DNA from: Catajapyx aquilonaris
Lineage: Eukaryota
Length of the DNA: 64,000 nucleotides
Assembly (NCBI GenBank): GCA_000934665.2
Contig: KZ538090.1
Location: 62,001-126,000, forward strand
Direction: 5' to 3'
Both the position numbers and the translations under genes were made by a program. The notes below the pieces were generated by a model. The model saw only the letters and a list, made by a program, of their open reading frames with translations, was not told the DNA's origin and did no database searches. This document shows positions 55,090 to 64,000 of the stretch, in pieces. The number at the start of each line of letters is the position of its first letter. Within the stretch, counting starts at the first letter, position 1.

Positions 55090-57687
55090 ATGATGACGGA
55101 GACGCAAGGCCAGGAGAGGTCGTCCAATGTGACAACAATTACTCATACGACAGTGGGCAATCCGACGACTGTGACAGTCAAGACCGAACCAGGACAAGGA
55201 GGAGTACAGTGGTTGAAGTTCAATCCAGCGTACTTTGCGACGTTACCAGGAATTCTGCTGCTCATCGAAGCGGTGAGTGCACCTGTTGCCGTACAGCGCA
55301 GTTGGACAGTGTGACAATTCCATAAGTGTCCACACATTGACGACAATTTAAATGACATAATAACGATTTTGAGCACTTTAAGATGTGCCGCATTTGATTA
55401 ACAGTGTACGCCTCGTTTTATTTCCGTTGCGCCAGCCGCAAATAAGGGCGTTTTGCACTTACATCACCTCTCCATATATGACCAGGTGACGTAACTTATA
55501 ATTGTTGACCTATGCAAAAAAAAAGCACGGAAACAATCGCAATTAGCACGATTGTTTACACGTCACTGCTCTAAAAATAACCATAGTTATATCAGGAGGG
55601 TGCCAAACTGATATTTCATCAATCAACGAATTATATATTCTTAGCCCCCGCACTATACAGGCGTGCCAGTCATACTAATTAACATGCATATGTGCAGACC
55701 TTGGACACCACCACTAACTAGCAGGGCGCATGTGTATGACATGGTGCAAATCTCAATCACTCTTCGTGGGATGGGGGAGTTCATCATCCTTTTGGTTGGA
55801 CTTTTATTGCTTCCGATGAGAGGAGGATGAGCGGTGTCTTCTGAAAGCGAATTTGCAAAAAAAAAGGGATAGTTTCCATTCTAAGCTTGAAGTCGCCGCC
55901 GTGGCCTTGGTTGGCTGCTTGCGTTGCATGACGACACTTCCGCTTCGTTTTTACCAAACGTGGCTCGATCTGCCTGCCAGTGAGGAGGTTTGGCAAAAAC
56001 GTGGGATAACAGACATGCAATGCAGAAATGATAGGATAGATGAGGCTACTGTGTAATTGGGTGTGCATCAATTAATCAGGGAGTAATTGAACCGTAATGA
56101 AATTCACATCACGATTAAACTGTGCAACCTAATGAAGATTAATGGCTCTTAGTTATGCCCGACATGTCTGGCTACAAAGTCAATTTGTGAGGTATTTTTA
56201 AACGTTATTGTGAGAAAGTATGTTGTTTACCTTGAACTTTTTCAGGCATTAGGGAAATGCCAGGATTGGAACATGCCGTATGCAAGAATGACACGCAGGT
56301 GTTATTTTTGTCTATGGAGGGTCTACATGAATACAGATTACAATGTGGCTTGAGGCATTGTTAGGAATAATACACTGAGGCCATGCTCACCCTGTATTTT
56401 GTAACTGGTTGTATCATTTTATGCACATTGCCATGAGAAAAAATTAGGATGAGCAGACATTTGAAGCACAAATCACGATCCAGTGAACACTTGCGTAAAT
56501 ATTATAGCAATATTCTGGCTGTTTTCTCAGAAAACGTGGGGCGGGATATCTTATCAGACCGGGAAAGTGTTGGTCCAAATCCCAAGTCTCATCGGCTAAC
56601 TCATGTTTGTGGGAGGAAACAGGGGACTCTTTCTTTATATAATTTTTTCTTCGAAAGTGAAGAAATCAGGCCGCAAAATCCACAAACCTTGGACAAACTT
56701 TTTCTTTCGGATCCGTTCTTTCGGTTGTCACTGACAGAGAAGATAACAGACGAGAGCGTAGTCCACGCAAAAAACTGTCCAAAACGTCATGACCCGAACT
56801 GCTTATCATAATACCGATATTATCATGCTCACATGTCTATTTCAGTATGAGCTAAAATGATAATGCTACATGATTACAAAAAGTGCGCAATTTCCATCCC
56901 CAGCATTGCTAAAACTTCCGCAATAAAAAAAGGCTCTAATAGCCTCGTTTAGAGTTGGCTTATTCTGGCTCATGGCCGACCATCAACAGACGTCGATCAC
57001 CTTAGTCTGCCCAAATATGCCAATCAATCTGGTTATGGACGTGTTTAAATAAATAAAAAAATTCATTCCTTGCAGCTGCTGGGCATCATCTGTATGTCCC
57101 TGGCATCCCCTGCATACCTCTCAGGGACGCACTGGTTCCTGTTCGTGGTGGTCATCTGCTTCATCATCACAGTCATCATCGTTTTTCTCTACCTACTGTC
57201 CATTCGAGACGCTCTAAAACTGCCTGTCGACTGGAACAATTTGGTAAGACGCTAATCCAAGGTGCAAGTCAGCAGAAAATATGACAACCCATGTTGTACG
57301 TTGCAGGAATTCTTCTACACAGTCGGAGCCACGCTGCTGTACTTCACAGCCTTCATTACTCAGCTGGCCATTTGGGCACAGGTTGATCCCTCGCTTCATT
57401 CCTACTACAGTCATGGACGGCAAATTGTCAGCAATATCAAGGCGAAAAATATTGCTGCTGGGGTACGTCATCATATACTTGAACACTTTTAATAAAATAA
57501 TTCGGTTGGATTGGATTGACATATCGTCACCAAATTAATTCCTGGTTGCACATATCCGGTTCGTTGGTGACCTATGTACTGAGACGAATTCTTTCCTTCA
57601 CAGGTGATCGCATTATTCAACTGCATCGCTTACGGAATTGGAGCGTTCTTCCTGTACAAGCGTCTGAGGGAAAGCCGCGCAAATTGA
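55090..57687 (+). CDS. MARVEL-domain tetraspan protein 2 (CMTM4-like)
   Basis: Exons 55090-55272 (...WLKFNPAYFATLPGILLLIEA), 57076-57243 (LLGIICMSLASPAYLSGTHWFLFVVV), 57307-57462 (EFFYTVGATLLYFTAFITQL) and 57604-57687 (VIALFNCIAYGIGAFFLY). Confidence 0.92.
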
Positions 57688-60670
57688 ACACGGACCAATG
57701 CGTGGAAATGAGCCTTGTATGCAGCGTTGCATATGCAGTTATTTAATTAATCTGTTGAGTGGCAGTGTCTGGATGAGATTAACTTTTTGGGGGATGACTC
57801 GGCGGTGACCATGTCACGTGCGAAAAATGTACAAGTCCAACTTGAGAAGGGTGGGGTACTGGTTTGGGAATGGTAGTTTGGACCAAGATAATAATAATAA
57901 TTGTATGTAAATATTCAGATATGCTTTTGCTATAGTGTTACTATTTTTGTTGTTAGATGTTTCATATGCCTTGGTGACAAAAGATGTAAGATTTTTTTTA
58001 AAAAAGGTTGTATCGTATCATTCACTGTATTTTGAAGGCGGATCCACAGGCCATGTATAGAGTGAGTCAGTGAATCTCTCCAAACTGCTATGATTCGAGA
58101 ACTGTGGGTTACACCAATTGCATTTTACCTTACAACGTGTCATAATCATTATTACAGCTTGGAGTGACGCACTGAATCACCCAATGTTTCATGGTCTCCG
58201 AGTGGGCCATTTCTGGGCATTGATACCTCATACTGTAACCTCATTCAAATATGATAAAAATTTCATGCAAACTACTGTGATATATTATCAGATCAATCTT
58301 TCAATTGTTTACAGTCATATCTAATTACGGAAACAAAAGCCCTGTCAATAACTCGTAACAAATGCAGACCACTTCCTCGAATCCTAACCACAAATGAGGA
58401 TTAATAACCACAACATTTAAGCTGTCAAAAAGTAATATGGGTTTGAATTACCAGTGTGATGCATTTTATACACAGTGCCAACTAATCCAGGCAGTTATTT
58501 CCCTTAGCCCAATAGCATCTCTGGTTGGATACATTCATTAGACATTTCATTGTTTCATAGCTTTACGGCTGTGATGATTCTCTCTCACTTGGATTCAGTT
58601 TTTTTACTTACATTATGTAGATTAAAAGTGTTGATTACTGAATGAATAAACGTCTCTTAACATGCAGTGTTCATAGCTAACACTTGAAAATATCTGTCAT
58701 TTCAAGCCTTGCACGTTACATCTCTGAAAGGAAGGCAAGGAAAGAATCAGGAGAGATGCAGGTAATTGAACATTAATGTAGTGCACCATATCAGACATCC
58801 AGATGGAATCGCGCAACCTTGAAACACACGTGCAGTACCCGTATTATGCATGCATCAAGCCCGGGAGGCAGAAAATGCAACGTTGTGAATGAATCACATG
58901 TCTTACATAAAATTTCGCGTATGACATTAGTTTACTTTTCTGTAACTTGTGAGGACCTGCAATCAGCACAAACCTATGGACATGAATCACAAGCTTCCTC
59001 CTTCTCCTTAGTGAACTCCTACACCTGTTTTATTACATCTCACGTGTCACATTCAGTACAAGTCTTGCCAGTGGGTATTTTCACGAAGAATTCCAAATAA
59101 AAAAAAATCAGTGGCCAATAAAATTCCCATCGAATGCTTTCGTCACATTGTAGGGAGCAAACTACTACTAAAAGTAATAAAGACGAAGTGATTTCTTCAT
59201 GAATGTAACCATAAGACCGTGAATGTAACAATTGCACATGTTATAATGTAATAACTGGCTTTCGAATGTTGTTACTTCAAGTTTCGTATGAACAAGAGAT
59301 TTTATGTGGTCTTCATGCCATTTACTATAGGTCCGACTCAAAATCAGAAGTGCCAATGACTCACTGAAAATCCATAAAATCTAGGCGTGTGGTCCCCCTC
59401 CTTGGGAGAACATTTTTCTTAATTTAGAGTGGGTGTAGTCACTCTTACTCAACCAATATTCCTGAAAATATCACACCGACTCCCATATGAGCCCCATTCA
59501 CACACATGGTGTGCATCTCATTAAGCCAACTACACCATTGTGCCCGACTTAGTACCGTGTCCATTCGACACCATCTGGCAAAACCCCAAGGAATCTGGAA
59601 ACACAATCCTTGACACTCTTTACCACTTGTCATGTCCTTACTAATGACCAATCAGTGCCTTTCTATCATCCCCCTAGCTCATCAGCATCCCCCTATTTAA
59701 ATCCCACAAAAAAAATGGCCAAATATTAATTATGATGCCACGTGAATTACCATGCGTTTGTATCTAAATATATTGATCCTTACATGCGTGTGTTGTGACT
59801 AAGCGTAGGTGGATGTTGGGAAGGGAGATGTTCCCTGATTGGCTGCAGAATAGGTCGTTTGTGGGAGGGGACCCCATATAAAAAAAAGGAGGGACTGAGG
59901 GGTGGTGGAGGGCACTAGTTGGGTGCGGCCACAAGCATCCTTTTTGCCTTATTTTCCTACGCTCCTAGTTGCGTCCTCACGCTCCAAATAGTCCAATCAT
60001 AAAAAATAGAAGTGTATCCTACTTATTACACCACACGATTTGGCGTAAGTATTGCTCACGTCACTTTTTTTTGCAATATACACGCCCAGTTTGGGTGACG
60101 GCAAACCGCGCCCAATTTGAGTGTCACTAGACCGGGCGGCTTTTTTTTTTCTCTCTTCCATATAAGGATAGTCCGTGACCGTGATGCGCTGTTTATTTTT
60201 AGTGACGGATGTGTGTCGTGGATGGGATAATTGTCCGTTTTTGTGTGTGTGTGGTGAGCTGCTAGTGTTTGGGAGAAATTTGAGCTGGTTTGGTTTGAGG
60301 GGGCGGTAAAAGTGGAACAAGCTAGTGGCTTATTTCCTAGCTTTTGACTATTTTTGGTGCAGGCTGAGTTGACGAATTGAACTTCGGGGCAACAGCTGTG
60401 TTTGAGGTGTCATGCATAGATGCTGATGACATCAGTGCACGGCATTTGTGTTTATATTTAAAATTAGTCGGAAATGCTTGCATGACCCAATTCTTCAGGA
60501 AATAAACCGGTGAAAAATTCTTGGAGGTTGGTAGCCCTCTTCCAAAAAACAAAAAGTAATAAATAAATAAAGATGTCTGCTCGACGTAAAATCATAATTT
60601 TACTACAGGCCTCTGACCACTATTGAGTGACAATTTGACTTCTTCTAGCGGAAGCTCCTAACAGGTCAAG

Positions 60671-62118
60671 ATGTCCCATACTGTCACAGTGACCCATACT
60701 ACTCACACCACGTCTTCATCTGCCATATTGGTCAACACAGGCTATGCTTCCTCAGTGCCTGGTCTACTTAAGTTGGCCCAAGTGGTATGATCATTTACTA
60801 CAACACAAGTGCAGTAAAATGTGACATGGCAATGAAATAAACGGAATCTTTACAGATTGTGGGTGCAATCTGTGTGGGAATAGTTGGCCACTACTTCAGT
60901 TACAATACCAGCCGTTACTACAACCTGTATGTATCGGAGCTCTTCTTCCTCCTGATTGCGACGAGCTGTCTGATTGCATCGTCGTGTCTACTCATTTCCT
61001 GCCTGCTCTCTCTCTCCACTGCGGCCATACTCCCAAAGACTCTCTTTGTAAGTAGCATACATGCCATTAAAAAAACTGCTGCATAGTATTTGAATATTGT
61101 ATAGAACCGTATTGTACGTTCAACACACTAGGTTCAAGTCTAGTGCACTGGCAGATTTGCTGAGAGTACAAATATACAATTTCATACATTAAATTGAACC
61201 CTACAATATGGACTGCTCCCATCAACAATGATGGCTACTCAAAGCTACTCCAAGTATGGGTGAACCACCGTGGGGTGAACCATGATAGTACTCCTGATTT
61301 ATATTTAAAAAATAAAAGCACCACAGAACATTGGTGAAAGTGGCTCATGTAAATTCTAGGATTGCAATAGTTGAACAATTATTATATTACTCTTATACAT
61401 GTAAGTTACATATTCTGAATTTTTATAAAGTGGCCAATTTTAAAACTTGTTTCCAGGAAATAGTTTACCATGGATGTGCATTTGTTTTGTACCTTGCTGC
61501 TGGTATAACTCTCCTTATTCCTGTGTCTGACAAAAGATATTACTACCATGAGGCTTATCTTGCTGCTGCGGTAAGTCTAGAATTTAAGGCGCACAACGTA
61601 AAGAAATCACAGGTTGATACCTGATCTGATGTGTGGCATGCCATCACTATTTGCATGATTACCCAGAGTGAAATGACACTATCTTGGATCAGGATGCACA
61701 TGTCAACCTCAGCTGATTTCTTTACAGATGGGGGATTCTGTTTGAAACTAGCATTTTCATTTTCCTTAGGTGATTATTTACCTCTCACTGCTGCTGTTTC
61801 TTAATTTTTGTGCTTCACTGAATTTGGTGGTGGATGTCGTAAGAAGAAATGCAATTTACGAATACAGTTTACATGAGAGGGGTTATGGCAGTAAAATATT
61901 TGCGGGGGTGAGTGCCAAATCAAACAAGACTGCTTTCTCATGTAATTAAGAGCATGCATTTTATATCTGAGAATGATTCTTACAATTACCATTAATGAGA
62001 TTGCAATCTGTCATATACATCGTGATTCTTAATTCTGTTTCAGATCCTTGGACTGATCAATGCCGCCCTCTACCTCATCAGTTTGGTGTTTGCTGTTCGC
62101 ACATACAGACTGGCATAA
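60671..62118 (+). CDS. MARVEL-domain tetraspan protein 3
   Basis: Exons 60671-60784 (MSHTVTVTHTTHTTSSSAILVNTGYASSVPGLLKLAQV), 60856-61047, 61457-61570 (EIVYHGCAFVLYLAAG) and 62044-62118 (ILGLINAALYLISLVFAVRTYRLA*). Confidence 0.92.
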
Positions 62119-63322
62119 ACAACTAAACAAGACTCTCGATTCTTGGATTCACAAGAGCTAGTTATGCATTTAATATCTGTGTGCACATAGAAAATTAATT
62201 TTACATAACTGAATGTCATGAAACAATTGCTTAATTAATATTTTTCATTGCCCTTAGGAAGTGAGATTAACTTAAGGGTTTGTACGCATCTTTGCAGAAA
62301 ATTTCAATTATATTTTCTACATTTAATACCATAGTAAATCATGAAATACTTAAATGAACCAGTCAGATGAAAACCAGGACATTCCATTTAATAAATTAAA
62401 CATAGGCTTTTACTGTACTTAAAATAGAAAAGAAACTTGTGCCTTGATGTATAACAAGATGCACTTGCAGTAACTTCACACATAATACCATTTTGATAGC
62501 ACAGGAATTTTAAATTGATCTGTTATCTACATGAATCTCGAGAAATGTGTTCACAGGATAGTAATCTAGTAATGAATGTTGTACACATTATATAAGATGT
62601 TTTCCAATATTTTGCGGACATGAATGCAAACCTGCAAGACTGATAAAGAATGATCTTCAATGCCATACAAAGTCCAGAAAAGACTTGATGATACAAATAT
62701 TAGGACTTCCACAGCACATCACAAAGTCTTCACAGTGTGAATCTCCTGCTTTTTCAGAGTACAACAAGTGCCATTCTTACGCCTAATGCAAAGACTTGCC
62801 AATGTACTAATACATTCTTCAATAAAGGCCTTATTTAAAGTGATATATCCTTTTAATTGTGACATTTATTAAACAAGCAAATATCATCCAAAATTGCAAT
62901 ATATTTAGGACTCAATAGGTTTGTAAATAATTGCTTCAGTATGCACCTAGGCATTCCAGGTGCAACAATGCAGCATGAACTGGATGAAGACATAATTATA
63001 GTGCATTGTCACTGGAACTCCCAAACACAAACTCCCTGTGTCATCTGACCATTTTTAAAACTGTTAAACTGCTGCAGGTCATCTACCCTGTTTTTTTTTT
63101 TTTTGTGAATGTGTAAAAAAAAAAAATGTAGCTTCCTCATCCAGCCTTCCTCCTCAGCCTCCCAACATTTGGCAGTCTAAATTTAAAAGTCCATCGCCCC
63201 AGTCAGAATTCCTCCCCTGCTGAGCAACCTCCACTCAGCCTGCTCCACCTTCGCACATATTGAGGCATACCTACTGAAAGAAGAGCCAGCAAGAATTTTG
63301 GTTGGGATTTAATTGGGGAACA

Positions 63323-63463
63323 ATGAAGTCTAACCATGTGTCAGTGTCAGTGCCACAGCAAAAGTCATCTGGCATTGGTTGTCCATGCTGCTGCTGTTGT
63401 TGCACATGTCTTAACACTGGATTCTTGAAGACCACACCCGGAATTTTGAAAATTGTTCAACTG
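63323..63463 (+). CDS. First coding exon of MARVEL protein 4 (singles bar-like); gene continues past the window
   Basis: MKSNHVSVSVPQQKSSGIGCPCCCCCCTCLNTGFLKTTPGILKIVQL followed by a GTGAGT donor. It has the same PG(I/L)L motif and intron position as the other MARVEL genes. The Cys cluster recalls singles bar. Confidence 0.75.
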
Positions 63464-64000
63464 GTGAGTACTTCTTCCAGTGTGTGTGCATGTTAATACA
63501 ATGAACACGTACGGGTACAAGCACACAAGTGATGATTATAAAGGGCCAGCTGCATGATCAATAGTAAATCCAGCAAGTGATTAAAGTGAATAATTAGGAT
63601 CAACTATTTGTTATGGATTTCCACCATGCAACCAGCACTAAAAGTAATAAATGTTGAGAAAAGATATGCACAGAAATGCCTTTTCCCACATTTTCACTGC
63701 AGGTAACTTTTTTTGACAGTTGAACTTCTGGTTTGATCAGTGTTTGCTTCATTTGGCTCATGGTACCCCTGATAAGTGTGCAATAATGCCCCCTTATCAT
63801 GGAAATAAAACCATTTTATTATGCCTATGGACGATGACAGTTGCAATATGACATCATAAATTTGCATTTGTTTTCTCTGGGAGATTCTTACATTTTCCTC
63901 ATTCTCAAAATTTAATAAACAATAATCTGAGATTTCTAAAGAAGCACCCCAATAATTAGCATCATGGTCATCTCATTAATCTAATAGAAGATATTCCTTC

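Noticed and set aside
55571..60167. MEF2-like site CTAAAAATAA (55571-55580) and CArG box CCATATAAGG (60158-60167) as muscle enhancers of the MARVEL cluster
   Set aside because: Single short motifs are expected by chance in AT-rich DNA, and no clustering or conservation evidence is available.
1..64000. CRISPR arrays, rRNA, prokaryotic operons or defence systems
   Set aside because: None seen; the window is spliced eukaryotic sequence with no regularly spaced repeat-spacer array.

Overview
This is gene-dense, intron-containing eukaryotic DNA. It is most likely from an arthropod, an inference from the TTAGG motifs, DRE promoter elements, a Himar1-like mariner and an arthropod-type MARVEL gene cluster. 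Twelve spliced protein-coding genes were reconstructed by hand from GT-AG junctions, in order: MROH1-like (-, partial), ELP3 (+), SLC17A9 (-), POGLUT2/KDELC1 (+), a MAK/ICK kinase (-), a FASTK/RAP-domain gene (+), EEPD1 (-), MARVEL gene 1 (-), a KLHL26-like BTB-kelch gene (-), and three tandem MARVEL genes (+), the last singles-bar-like and partial. Introns and intergenic DNA carry a decayed full-length mariner, a MULE/foldback-like element, a tRNA-derived SINE and many MITEs, several of them nested. The most unusual structure is in the MAK/ICK gene. It has two diverged, intact, mutually incompatible first coding exons, each encoding the kinase Gly-loop and VAIK lysine and each preceded by an RFX X-box-like motif. 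Its 3' end appears to share one palindromic AATAAATTTATT poly(A) element with the convergent POGLUT2 gene. No prokaryotic-type system (CRISPR array, operon) is present. All gene names come from recalled motifs, not database searches.
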